From: Phyllobates terribilis
Lineage: Eukaryota
Direction of reading: 5' to 3'
Length of the DNA: 64,000 nucleotides
Assembly: GCF_046119375.1 (NCBI RefSeq)
Contig: NW_027362769.1
Coordinates: forward strand, 57,908,001 to 57,972,000
Positions 1-13,856 of this stretch are shown in pieces. The notes under the pieces are model-generated. The model saw only the letters and a list, made by a program, of their open reading frames with translations. It was not told the DNA's origin and did not search any database. Position numbers and translations under genes: made by a program. Positions within the stretch are counted from its first letter, which is position 1, and the number at the start of each line of letters is the position of its first letter.

Positions 1-2110
1 GGGCGGGTTTACAGCCGCTGCTGACTAGTGATGAGTGAGCGCTCCGCTCATCTGTACCAGACTTTTTTTTTCAATCAAAGCTGGATCCTACCTGCCCTTT
101 AAATTTGTAGGCCGAGGTTCAGAAGAGGCAAGTTTGATAGCGTAGGTTCCCATTTAGAGAGATCGCCTTGTTACTTACTGACAAGTGGGCTCACACAATT
201 TGGCCAAACTATCACTATGTGCTTCAGTGTTATCCGTATAATTTATATAGTAGAAATGCAGTTCAGAATTCATGTAGTCATTCTTCACATACCTTAGTGC
301 GCTCTGAGAGCGGTTGTATTTGTTTGTATGTAGTAGTGATACAGACAGGGACACCGTACAGCATCCGTCACAGCTCCGCAGACGCAGCTTCTTATTTGTG
401 AGGTACCCCCAAACTGAAACCTAATGGGGGTCAAGGAACAGTGGTAGAAAAAGTTCAGGCAGGTGCCAAATAAATATTTGATATGATAAATCTAATGAAA
501 AGTAAAAAAACACACTTTGTAGAAGTGTGTCCTATGTGTTTTCTTCAACTTTCTATCTCCGCTCTCAATGTAATATTGAGTCATGCAGAGCTGAAACAGT
601 AAGATATTGGGGGACTGCAGGAAGCCTCCATCATCCGTTCTGAGCCAATATTGGTTCCTGCACTTTATACTTGATAGGTTAACTGTTTTATGAAAGGGCC
701 ACTGCAATTAGAAAAACTGCCACACACTGTGCACCAAGCAGTCAGTGTGGAGGGGTAGTCATGAACATGTACATTATGTGTATATATTGTGCCATTAACA
801 GAATCAATTGCCTTGGCATTTAATGAGGCTTTATTAACACGCAGGAATATTCTCTTTCTGCATAATATATCGGCTTACACACCGCTGCTGCAAGTCTTTG
901 CTCAATGTTTAGAAGTAGTAATAACATCCAGGCAGTGTGGATAATGCCTCCATTAAATGTATACATGTAATATCAGGTATTGAGGCTCTACAGGAACAGT
1001 TCATGAATTATTAAAAGGGAGATTTGAGTTGGCATTAACTCCCTGAGAGGTGGATTAGTGCTTGATGATATGTTATTACTATAATGTGCTTTGTAAAATG
1101 GGGGAACAGTAAGGGAAAATTAATCTCACAGATCAACAAGGTCATGGGAGGAATGGAAGCAACTATCATTTGTGTGCTACTGGAAATCCTACCTTAAACT
1201 TGGCTAAATCTGAAATGGATTAGCAATCTGATAAATGAGGGCACAAAGACCCCTCCTGCCAACATCCCACATTTCAGATGGGGATTATCTACGTGATTTG
1301 CTGTAAAGCATGGAAGAAATGGATCTAAAATGGACCAAACTGTTACAATTCCAGCAAAGCCACAAAGGAGTTAGTAAAGCTATAGCTGGATCTGCTTCTG
1401 TTTGATCCTATGCGTATAACCCAGTTTATTATGCAGAATGCCGACACTATTAATGGCCTCCACATGTACAGATAAACATGCACTCTATGGGGGATTACAA
1501 ATGAAAAGGCTTCCATCTATCTCCACAGGATAATATATGCATGAAATTTGTATGTTCTGACATACCTTGGATGTGTCCCCTGTGGGTTACCAATCTGTTT
1601 AACCCCTTCGGAACCAAACCATTTTTTTTGTTTTTCCATTTTATTTTTTTTCTCTCCTTCTTTCAAGACCTGTTAAAGAATAACCATTGTTTTAATAGCT
1701 ATTTCATAAATCAATAGTATACATGATAATAAGAAATGTTGTAATATATCTGATCAGAGATTTGCTTCTTTCACCTCTTGGAATGATCCTTCACTCTCAG
1801 TTCATTGATAAAACCTGTATTCACAGACAACAGATTTTCCTATTACTTAGACAAGAGATGATTGTTGGCGCTCATAAGATTCTATGAAGAGGAGGAGGCA
1901 CTTAGAGGCAGACACAGACATTCTGCTGCAAGTTCTCCTGAAATGATAGTTACAGATCTCCATAGAACTTTATAATCACCAACTGTCATCTATCTCAGTA
2001 ATGGGAAAATCTGGCTTCACTGACAGGTATTACCCATGAATTAAGAGTTCTAAGAATGAAAAATCAGTCTTGGAGGACAAAGAAGCAGATTTCTCTAATA
2101 ACATATATGA

Positions 2111-2962
2111 GGCTATGTGCACACGATGCAGAAATGAAGCAGAAAATTTCTGCATCATTTCTGCATCTCCCTGGCAGAAAAAACGCATGCAGATTGTGCA
2201 TGCGTTTTTCCTGCAGAATACATGCGGATCCACATGCAGATTCACATGCGTTTCCGCATGCAGATTGACAAGCGCTTTCCAGGCGATTTTAGCATCACCT
2301 GGAAAGTGCTTGACAACTAGGTCACACTATATAAATCCATGCAAACAGCATGGATTTATATAGTGTGACCCGAGAGAGTGTATATACTTACCTCCGATGG
2401 CCCGCGCTGTCCTGTTCAATCCGTTCTCCCTCGCCGGCAACTTTGAATTGAAAGACCTGCCGACGTCAGCGTCACGTGACCCGTCACATGACTCTGACGT
2501 CACCGCAGGTCCTACAACTCACTGCAAGTTCCGGGAAGCAAGCAGGAGCGCTGCGCGGGCCGACAGATGGTAAGTATATATATATTTTTTATTTTATTCT
2601 TGTTTTACAGCTTTTTTAATGGTACCTGGGTGTGGATGAGACTCTCCTCTCCTCCACACCCGGGTACCATCCGCACATTAGAACGCGCCAATAACGCAAG
2701 TACAGATGCAGTCTTGCGGAATTGGCGCGTTCTAATGCAAGTCAATGGCGGTGAAAACGCCGCGTTTCCGCAAAATTAAATGACATGCTGCGGATTTTTG
2801 AGCGCAGCGTTTACGCTGCGGAAAAATCCACATCATGGAAACAAAACATGCGCATTTCCATTGGGGAACATTGCTTCCCTTCTACCATGCGTTTCCGCGG
2901 CATTTACGCAACTGCAAAAACGCCGCGGAAACGCATGAAATACGCATCGTGTGAACTCAGCC
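2111..2962. mobile_element. PIF/Harbinger-type composite MITE
   Basis: Termini GGCTATGTGCACACG ... CGTGTGAACTCAGCC with TGA/TTA flanks. Same GCATGCG-rich arms as the MITEs at 26.5-31.1 kb and 40.8 kb. No coding capacity. Confidence 0.65.
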
Positions 2963-3289
2963 TTACAGAGTTTCTTATTTTCACTGTACTATTTGTTTAG
3001 GAAAAATAAATTAAAATGACGGCTAGTCTTTAACTTCTTCTTTTTTTTAAATTTCCATAACCGTGTGAGCCCTTGTTTTTAGAGGGGAAAAGTTTACGTT
3101 TTGAAGGACACCATTCAGTTTCCCATATACTACATTAAAAATGGGGAAATGGGGCAGAGAAAAAAAAATTATATTCTGCTATTGTTTCTTGGCTTTTGTT
3201 TTTTTTATCACATTCATTGTGTGGTTAAACTAACCAGGAAACTTTATTTTCCAAGTCATTACAATTGTGGCAATATCATATAGTATAGT

Positions 3290-4300
3290 TGTGAAGACCC
3301 GGGGTCTTCCGTGGGCATAATACTACTCAGACAACACAGGGAGAGGGTCAAACAGCAGGGCAATGCTTTATTGAACCACAAAGCAAACAATAAACACATA
3401 GAACAGTCCCAGCAAATACCCAAGATGGTAGAACATTACACAGTCCTCACCCTTCTGCTCCGCCCACCTGGGATAGAACAGCTGTGACTTTGGGACTTCC
3501 AGGGCCAACTACCTCAAACAGTGGCCCCTTGCTTCTGGCGGGCCCCACAGAGAGAAGGTAGCGACAAGCTTAGGAAGCTAGCAGTCCATCGGGGACCCAA
3601 GAGTCCCACCCTGTCCTCTCCAAGAGTTTCCATGGGGCCAGATGACCGGCGGGTCCCAATCTGGCTTCTCCAAATGTCTCCATGAGTTCCAGGCGACCAG
3701 TGGGTCCCTCCTGGCAACCCCAAGCAACATATCCATGGGGCCAGGTGATTTCATCGTCCCAACCTGGTCTCTCCAAATGTATCCATGGTGTCTCTGATGG
3801 TCAATGGAGCAGATCCGTATCTTTTCAGTCAGGGCTATATACCCTTAGACTAGAATCATGTAGAATCCAAATCTGTGTCTCTTTGGGTAAAGCCATACTA
3901 CCAGGATAACTGTGTGAAGAGAGTCTGAGTGTCCTCTTGCTTCTCCTTGATTCTCTGTTTTGAAGTCTTTGCTACAGCAGCACATGTCCCTTAAAATAGT
4001 TAGTTATCCTTCAAGTACACATTCACAGATAAGAGGTTAGGGAGCACAGCCTCATGTGTCATTGTATGAGCTAATCAATTTACATAGCTGGTATAGCAGG
4101 GGCTCTTTAAATCAACATAATTGTTTCAGAATCAGAGGAGACACCAATCAGGGTTATACAAATACTGGTCTGTTCTTAATGACCAGGCACATAAATACAC
4201 ATACATTCACAAGTCAATATCAGAAACACAATAGTGTATTTCTCTTGAATTAACAAATCGAAACATCTGGCTTATTAAGATTATAGGCTGTATCGTCACA
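3290..4300 (-). mobile_element. Solo LTR (1011 bp)
   Basis: Begins TGTGA and ends TCACA, with a direct 5-bp repeat ATAGT on both sides (3285-3289, 4301-4305). AATAAA lies on the minus strand near 3367-3372. No internal retroelement sequence. Confidence 0.7.
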
Positions 4301-4538
4301 ATAGTTTGTTTTAATATATTACTAATTTTAAAAAAATAAGAACTTTATAAAGCAGGAAAAAAAATTGAATTTGGTGACATCAATCATTAAGCTCCATATC
4401 TTTTTTTTCTCTTTCATGGAGCTGTATTATATCTTGTGTTTCCAAGGCAAGCTGACATTTTTATTGGTGCTATTTTGGAGTACATATGATTTTTTTTTAC
4501 ACTTTTTATTCTATTTTCTGGGATAGGCGGGATGACGC

Positions 4539-4684
4539 NNNNNNNNNNNNNNNNNNNNNNNNNNNNNNNNNNNNNNNNNNNNNNNNNNNNNNNNNNNNNN
4601 NNNNNNNNNNNNNNNNNNNNNNNNNNNNNNNNNNNNNNNNNNNNNNNNNNNNNNNNNNNNNNNNNNNNNNNNNNNNNNNNNNNN
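4539..4684. other. Assembly gap (N run)
   Basis: 146 N bases hiding the left terminus of the adjacent Tc1 element. Confidence 1.
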
Positions 4685-6255
4685 AAAACATAAAGGGAAC
4701 ACTCAAATAACACATCCTAATTCTGAATGAATGAAATATTCTCATTGAATACTTTGTTCTGTACAAAGTTGAATGTGCTGACAACAAAATCACACAAAAA
4801 TCATCAATGGAAATCAAATTTATTAACCAATGGAGTCCTGGATTTGGAGTCACCCCCAAAATTAAAGTGGAAAAACACACTACAGGCTGATCCAACTTTG
4901 ATGTAATGTCCTTAAAACAAATCAAAATGAGACTCAGTATTGTGTGTGGCATCCACGTGCCTGTATGACCTCCCTACAATGCCTGGGCATGCTCCTGATG
5001 AGGTTGTGGATGGCCTCCTGTGGGATCTCCTCCCAGACCTGGACTAAAGCATCCGTCAACTCCTGGACAGTCTGTGGTGCAACGTGACGTTGGTGGATGG
5101 AGCGAGACATGATGTCCCAGATGTGCTCAATCGGATTCAGGTCTGGGGAATAGGCGGGCCAGTCCATAGCTTCAATGCCTTCGCTTGCAGGAACTGCTGA
5201 CACACTCCAGCCACATGAGGTCTGGCATTGTCCTGCATGAGGAGGAACCCAGGGCCAACTGCACCAGCATATGGTCTCACAAGGGGTCTGAGGATCTCAT
5301 CTCGGTACCTAATGGCAGACAGGCTACCTCTGGCGAGCACATGGAGGGCTGTGCGGCCCTCCAAAGAAATTTGACCCCACACCAGTACTAACCCACTGCC
5401 AAACCGGTCATGCTGAAGGATGTTGCAGGCAGCAGATCGCTCTCCACGGCGTCTCCAGACTCTGTCACGTCTGTCACATGTGCTCAGTGTTAACCTGCTC
5501 TCATCTGTGAAGAGCACAGGGCGCCAGTGGCGACTTTGCCAATCTTGGTTTTCTGTGGCAAATGCCAAGCGTCCTGCATGGTGTAGGGCTGTGAGCACAA
5601 CTCCCATCTGTGGACGTCGGGCCCTCATACCGCCCTCATGGAGTCGGTTTCTAACTGTTTGTGCAGGCACATTCACATTTGTGGCCTGCTGGAGGTCATT
5701 TTGCAGGGCTCTGGCAGTGCTCCTCCTGTTCCTCCTTGCACAAAGGCAGAGGTAGCGGTCCTGCTGCTGGGTTGTTGCCCTCTTACGGCCCCCTCCACGT
5801 CTCCTGGTGTACTGGCCTGTCTCCTGGTAGCGCCTGCAGCCTCTGGATACTATAATGACAGACACAGCAAACCTTCTTGCCACAGCTCGTATTGATGTGC
5901 CATCCTGGATGAGCTGCATTACCTGAACAACTTCTGTGGGTTGTAGAGTCCGTCTCATGCTACCACGAGTGTGAAAGCACAACCAACATTCAAAAGTGAC
6001 CAAAACATCAGCCAGAAAGCATTGGTACTGAGATGTGGTCTGTGGTCCCCACCTGCAGAACCACTCCTTTATTGAGTGTGTCTTGATAATTACCAATAAT
6101 TTCCATCTATTGTCTATTCCATTTGCACAACAGCATGTGAAATTGATTGTCAATCAGTGTTGCTTCCTAAGTGGACAGTTTGATTTCACAGAAGTTTGAT
6201 TCACCTGGAGTTATATTCTGTTGTTTAAGTGTTCCCTTTATTTTTTTGGGCAGTG
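4685..6255 (-). mobile_element. Tc1/mariner DNA transposon, family A
   Basis: Right TIR GTGTTCCCTTTATTTTTTTGGGCAGTG followed by TA. The matching left TIR (TAAAGGGAACACT) emerges from the gap. Transposase sequence lies inside. Confidence 0.92.
4934..5958 (-). pseudogene. Tc1 DD34E transposase, frameshifted
   Basis: Starts [11 protein letters not shown] at 5958, followed by an HTH region, VLFTDES and [20 protein letters not shown] lies in a different frame (ORF 4934..5203), with the frameshift near 5180-5200. Confidence 0.9.
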
Positions 6256-6279
6256 TATATGTATATGTATGTATATATG

Positions 6280-7535
<1,256 letters not shown>

Positions 7536-7593
<58 letters not shown>
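7536..7593. repeat. (TA)n microsatellite
   Basis: About 58 bp of almost pure TA between two Tc1 TIRs. Confidence 0.95.
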
Positions 7594-7596
<3 letters not shown>

Positions 7597-8999
7597 TACA
7601 GACCAAAAGTTTGAACAGACCTCATTTAAAGATTTTTCTGTATTTTCATGACTATGTTTGTATTGTACATTCACACTGAAGACATCAAAACTATGAATTA
7701 ACACGTGGAATTATATACTTAACAAAAAAGTGTGAAACAACTGAAAATATCTTACATTCTAGGTTCTTCAAAGTAGCCACCTTTTGCTTTGATGACTGCT
7801 TAGCACACTCTTGGCATTTTCTTGATGAGCTTCAAGAGGTAGTCACCGGAAATGGCCTTCCAACAATCTTGAAGGAGTTCCCAGAGATGCTTAGCACTTG
7901 TTGGCCCTTTTGCCTTCACTCTGCGGTCCAGCTCACCTCAAACCATCTAGATTGGGTTCAGGTCTGGTGACTGTGGAGGCCAAGTCATCTGGCGTAGCAC
8001 CCCATCACTCTCCTTTTTGGTCAAATAGCCCTTACACAGCCTGGAGGTGTGTTTGGGGTCATTGTCCTGTTGAAAAATAAATGATGGTCCAACTATATGC
8101 AAACCGGATGTAATAGCATGGCGCTGCAAGATGCTGTGGTAGCCATGCTGGTTCAGTATGCCTTAAATTTTGAATAAATCCCCAACAGTGTCACCAGCAA
8201 AGCACCCCCACACCATCACACCTCCTCCTCCATGCTTCACAGTGGGAACCAGGCATGTAGAGTCCATCCGTTCACCTTTTCTGCATCGCACAAAGACACT
8301 ATGGTTGGAACCAAAGATCTCAAATTTGGACTCATCAGACCAAAGCACAGATTTCCACTGGTTTAATGTCCATTCCTTTTGTTCTTTAGCCCAAACAAGT
8401 CTCTTATGCTTGTTTCCTGTCCTTAGCAGTGGTTTCCTAGCAGCTATTTTACCATGAAGGCCTGCTGCACAAAGTCTCCTCTTAACAGTTGTTGTAGAGA
8501 TGTATCTGCTGCTAGAACTCTGTGTGGCATTGACCTGGTCTCTAATCTGAGCTGCTGTTAACCTGCAATTTCTGAGGCTGGTGACTCGGATAAACTTATC
8601 CTCAGAAGCAGAGGTGACTCTTGGTCTTCCTTTCCTGGGGCGGTCCTCATGTGAGCCAGTTTCTTTGTAGCGCTTGATGGTTTTTGCAACTGCACTTGGG
8701 GACACTTTCAAAGTTTTCCCAATTTTTCGTACTGACTGACCTTCATTTCTTAAAGTAATGATGGCCACTCGTTTTTCTTTATTTAGCTGCTTTTTTCTTG
8801 CCATAATACAAATTCTAACAGTCTATTCACTAGGACTATCATCTGTGAATCCACCAGACTTCTGAACAACACAACTGATGGTCCCAATCCCATTTATAAG
8901 GCAAGAGATCCCACTTATTAAACCTGACAGGGCACACCTGTGAAGTGAAAACCATTTCCGGTGACTACCTCTTGAAGCTCATCAAGAGAATGCCAAGAG
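7594..8999 (-). mobile_element. Tc1 DNA transposon, family C, truncated and decayed
   Basis: TIR CAGTACAGACCAAAAGTTTG at 7594. ORF 8163..8804 (MARKKQL...VLWSDESKFE) plus FQQDNDPKH and SPDLNPI in ORF 7947..8129. Same family as 57677-59287. Confidence 0.88.
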
Positions 9000-9689
9000 G
9001 CTCAACTTCATAGGAGTACCAAAATGCCAGGCCTTCAGTAGGGCACCCCACCCCACCCCGCCACCATGGTGAACTATTTGCAGGATGCCAGTATGTCACT
9101 GGGGGAGGAGTGGCTTTGGATGAGTAATTGTGTCTCCCCTTGACTGCACCACTTAAATGCTGATTTCAGTGATTGACAGCCGTGTTTCAGTGGTTAAATA
9201 GCAGCTGTTGCTAGAGGCATATGCCAACTGTATAACATTGTAATACACAGTGGATTTTCCATCCAGAAAATCCATATGGTAAATAAGCTGCGTATCGGAC
9301 CCGTGCACATGTACCCTTAGGATGTTTTTGTAGGAGACTGTCCTTGGGAAGACAGTGCTATATGTGGCTATAAGATCTGTAATCCTCTCTAGTCCTGTTT
9401 GTTTGTAAAGCTAGATGGTAAATTGAAATCATAAGTTTCTCCATAGTGTTCCCTAGGATTAAACTTACCTACCCATTGAATTTATGCAAATTGTGTGTAA
9501 TTTGCTCAACTTCAGTTAATGGGTACACTTTTTTAATTTACAACTCTCCTGGTGAGAAGGAAACTAGGAACTAGGTATATTTGATGTTTATTCGCCCACA
9601 CAGTTTGTATTTTGACACAAAAAGACATGTCTACGTAGAACTCTAAGCGGCATAGAAATTGACAATAATAAAGTGTTTAGAGAAATAAA

Positions 9690-11025
9690 AGCGGATAGTG
9701 ATGACCCATTAAAAAAATAAAAAAAAAAGAGAAAATAATCCAAAAATATTCAATTACATGAACAGTAAGAGACTTAAATGATAGTGTTGCCCTCCTCAAA
9801 AATAATCTGGGTGAAATGGTGGAAGAGGATAAGGGAAAGGCTAGTCTATTAAACACCTAAACACCTTCAATACCAAAATTTCACAGGAAAATCCTATGAC
9901 AGATTATCAGGGAGACCAAAAATTCTGAAGTAACTGTTACCTGCAGGAAGTACTGCAATAATTAAGTACCGTGATACAGACCATTATTTCTAATATTCAA
10001 GAATTCCATAATAACAGGGTCTGTACCACAAAACTGGCACATAGCAAATTTAGTGGCAATATTCAAAACTGCGTCAAAATCTGAACCTGGAAATGATAGG
10101 CCCGGTAATCTTAACCTGTACTGTGGGCAAAATATTTGAGGGTTTTCTAAAAGATGCGATCCTGGAGTATGTCACTAAAGATAACTCAACATCATCATGG
10201 GTTTATTAAGGGATCGGTCCTGTCAAACTAATCTGATCGGCCTCAAAGAGGAGGCAAGTTCCAGACTGGACTAGGGTAAAGACGTAGATATTGTTTAGCT
10301 GGACTTTTCAAGTGTATTTAATACAGTGCCACATAATAGGTTAGTACATAAAATGAGAGAAATAAAACCAGTAAAAAATATGTATAACTGGGTTAACAAC
10401 TGCCTCAGTGATAGGAAACAGAGGGTGGTTATTAATGGAACACACTCGGATTGTGTCACAGTTAACCGTGGTGTGCCACAGGGGTCTGAATTGGACCCTC
10501 TTCGTTTTAACATATTTATTAATGACCTTGTAGAGGGCATACAGAATCAAATTTGGATATTTGTAGATTATATTAAATTATGTCAGGTAATCAACACTGA
10601 TGAGAATAATTTAATATTGTAGTGGGAAATATGTAAGCTTCAGGCTTGGGCTGAGAAATGGCAATTGATGTTTTATGTAGACAAATGTAAGGTCTTTCAC
10701 ATGGGTAGAGGAAATAAAATGTACAATTATGTACTAATTGGCAAAACATTGGGTAAAACGGTCATTGAAAAAGATTTGGGTGTATGGGTGAACAACAAAC
10801 TCAACTTTAGTGACCAGTGTCAGGCAGCTGCTGCCAAGGCAAATAGTGGTATGGGATGCATTAAAAGAGGTATAGATGCTCATGACAAGAACATAGTTTT
10901 GCCTCTATAAGAGTCACTAGTGCGGTCACACGTTAAATACTGTGTACAATTTTGGGCTCCAGTGTATAAGAAGGACATAGCTGAACTAAAGCAAGGGCGG
11001 AGAATAGTGACCAAGGTTATTAAAG
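9690..11025 (+). mobile_element. CR1-clade LINE ORF2 (RT) fragment, decayed
   Basis: Fragmented frames give NCLSDRKQRVVING, GVPQGS.L.P..FNIFINDL, FV(A)D.., VDKCKVFHMGRGN, EKDLGV, QCQAAAAKAN..MGCIKRG and VLPL. These are hallmark CR1 RT motifs, broken by many stops and frameshifts. Confidence 0.85.
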
Positions 11026-13091
11026 AAGCACTCCCATGAAACATTTTATTCCCTAAACCTGTTTAAATGTGTATGTAATGTAGTGTAAGAGCGGTAATAT
11101 ACTCATCAATTGCCATCTTTTCTGATTTTCTTGTGGGTCACGTGATGGTTATTCCGACTTGCCGGCTCTCACTGGAGTTTGTGTATGAGCCAGCAGTCAC
11201 TTTTGCAATGTAAGCCTATGGAGCCTCGTTCTTATTACAATGTACAAATATATGACACACATGGACAGTACAGAGATCGTTTAAATGTTTTTTTTACACG
11301 TAGGCCAGTAATGGTGACAAGGGAGCATCTTCTACATCTAGAGGAAAAAAGGCTTAATCATCAATGACAGTCATTCTTTACTACTCAAGCAGTGAGATTA
11401 TGGAACTATTTGCAACATGATGTTGTAGTGGTCGATTCACTGCAAAATTTCATTAGTTAAACTGAAATAAATGAACTGGAGTATAAGTTGGTAGGCATGC
11501 AAAATAAGAGCATGTTCACACTGGCCATTAAACAGACAAAATCTAAGATAAAAACAAAATGAACATATACCCTACTGTAAGTTAATAAGTAAAAGCAATA
11601 GTGTATATAAATAACATGGCACTTAGTAAATTTGGTTAAAACAACAACAAAAAAAAAGCGTGAAAACCATCCCACCAGCATCAAGGTGTACCCAAATCGG
11701 GATGATCCTAACTTCTAGTATTAAAACCTTACCCATGTGAAAGGGACGTCAATGTGAATGGGTCTCGAATATGAATGCACAAAAAGTATATAAAAGTAAT
11801 GTCCAACTCAAAGAAAGTGCAGGTAAGGATGTGGCCTTCCTAAGTGCAGAAACCTGAAACTAAGCCGAAATAAGTTCAAGGAGGCCTGGATGCCTTTCTT
11901 CAAAAATATATTAGTCTCTAGATTCTGTGATGGGACGATCCAGGGGGAACTAGTTTGATTTCCGTATGAGGAGTTGGGAAGGAATCTTTCCCCTAATATG
12001 GGGCAATTAGAATCTGCCTCATGAGGTTTTTGCCTTTCTTCTGTTTGGTTATAGATTGAAACAATATACAAGTCCATCAAGGTCAATCTTAAAACTTTGC
12101 ATATAACCTAACGGAACAGATCACATCATAGTTTCAATCTGTGCACCCTGAGAGCGCCGGTGGGAGCACCAAGAACGAAGGAGAACCCAACAATTATTTT
12201 AGTTTTGTATCTACCAACAAACCAATATTTGGAGATGGACTTTACATATTAAGTGACAGATTTAACTAAATCTACCTGGTGGGTAATCTAAAGGATAATA
12301 AAAGTCTGTAATGTTTCCTACTCCATTTTATTTCAAGATAAGAATATATGAGAAGGTCAGAAGGTTTGACAGATGTTGATGGTAAGGCCAAGGTTAGGAT
12401 GGACAAACCTAGGCAAGTGCCCATGCAATGGAAGGTCAGGTGGAGTTGAGAAGATAAAAGGTTGTTTCAAACCCAACATTGGTGTAAAACCAATTTTCAA
12501 GTAACATATGACCCCAGAAATATCAGAGGTAAAAGGTCAATAAAATGTGCAGCCCCCCTTGTTTATAGTCTCCAGTGTCCTTCCCATTAACACGTGGTAC
12601 CAGCAATGGATAAAGGACAAGAAAGATAAATACAAACAGGAAAAATAAACTGAGGAACTGATTATTTCTATTCTTCCAGTGCACAATGCTTCAATCAGAA
12701 AGACGATTAATTCCCAGTCGTCTAATTCCTGCTGTAATTTCTCATCATGCCTGTGATCTGAAACCACACAGAACATCACATTTCCCCCATCAATTACCTG
12801 TCATTTCTTTATCAATTCCAGTCAGCACAAACTGTTTTCATTTTTGCAGATTGACTGTAAATCAAATGTTCTGCAAGTTAATTTTTCCTCGCAAGCCCAC
12901 ACACTGTGCTGCCAATCACACGGCAAACGGGAAAACAAGATCATGGAATCACAAGCTGTAGAATTTATTTGTCTTTCATTCATACATGTGTCTGTAGGGA
13001 AGAAATAACATTTATTTTTACTAATAATGCATTTTAAAAGGAGATGTAAACACATTATGTGACCCAGGTTTTGGTTCAGATCCAACAAATG

Positions 13092-13520
13092 CAGGGATGG
13101 GCAATTCATTTTCCAGAGGGGCCACATGAGAGACCGTGACTGTTGTAGAGAGCCGAATCAATAGGCTGAAATTAATTCTGAATACTAAAATTAGTTACAA
13201 TTAATATTAATATAAAATATAATTTAATATTGAGCAGAATTAAATATGCCAACACTCCCTTATATATCGTATAAGCCCACACACAGCCCCCTATATACAG
13301 TCTTAGCCTCAACATAGCCCCCTATATATATGAGTACCCACATTGACCCTATATAGTGAGCCCACATACAGAGCCCCCTTTATACAGCATAATCCCAAAC
13401 ACAGCCCCCTATATACAGTATGAGATCCCACACAGCCTCCCTATATACAGTATGAACCCCCACACATTAAAAAAAGAAAAAAACCTTTCCCGTACCCCCC
13501 AACCCCACCCCCGGCGCTCT
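13092..13520 (+). mobile_element. Non-autonomous hAT-like fragment with internal degenerate minisatellite
   Basis: CAGGGATGGGCAA hAT-like end followed by GGGGGCCACATG. Degenerate CACACAGCCCCCTATATACAG repeats at about 13275-13470. Confidence 0.4.
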
Positions 13521-13818
13521 GCTCCAGTCTTTGCGGTGTGCACAGATGTGATGCAGTGAAATTATCAAGTCTGCTGTTTCAGTCAAACATGCTGAACGGT
13601 GGAAGGAGGAGCTAGCGGCCCTCTCTTCCACTATCTGCATCCTGAAGTTGCAGATAGCGGGGAATTCAGGACACCAGGTTGAGTATGGTAGCACCATGGT
13701 ACCCTTTGGCAACTGTTTTCAGCTATTTTTGTCCCTGGGCTGTACTGGAACAGCCAGTGTGCCAGATGTGGCCCGTATGAAGAAATGCATTCTTTGCTAC
13801 ATGTTACTCTCTTACTTT

Positions 13819-13856
13819 GCCTCGTGATAAAGACTGAGCGAAACGTGCGTTGGGGT
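13819..13856 (+). ncRNA. Degenerate minimal hammerhead-ribozyme-like motif
   Basis: CCTC-GTGATAA-AG-ACTGAG-C-GAAAC-GTGC-GTT-GGGG has the same layout as the two Penelope HHRs, but position 3 is G. Confidence 0.4.

Noticed and set aside
4414-4952. ORFs spanning the N gaps (also 59203-59558)
   Set aside because: Artefacts of translating N runs as X.
5959-6153. N-terminal 65 aa of the 338-aa ORF 5137..6153
   Set aside because: Begins at a non-ATG start in the Tc1 5' non-coding region. The transposase homology starts at ATG 5958.
11600-12250. Possible retroelement remnant
   Set aside because: No terminal repeats, TSD or protein motifs could be established.
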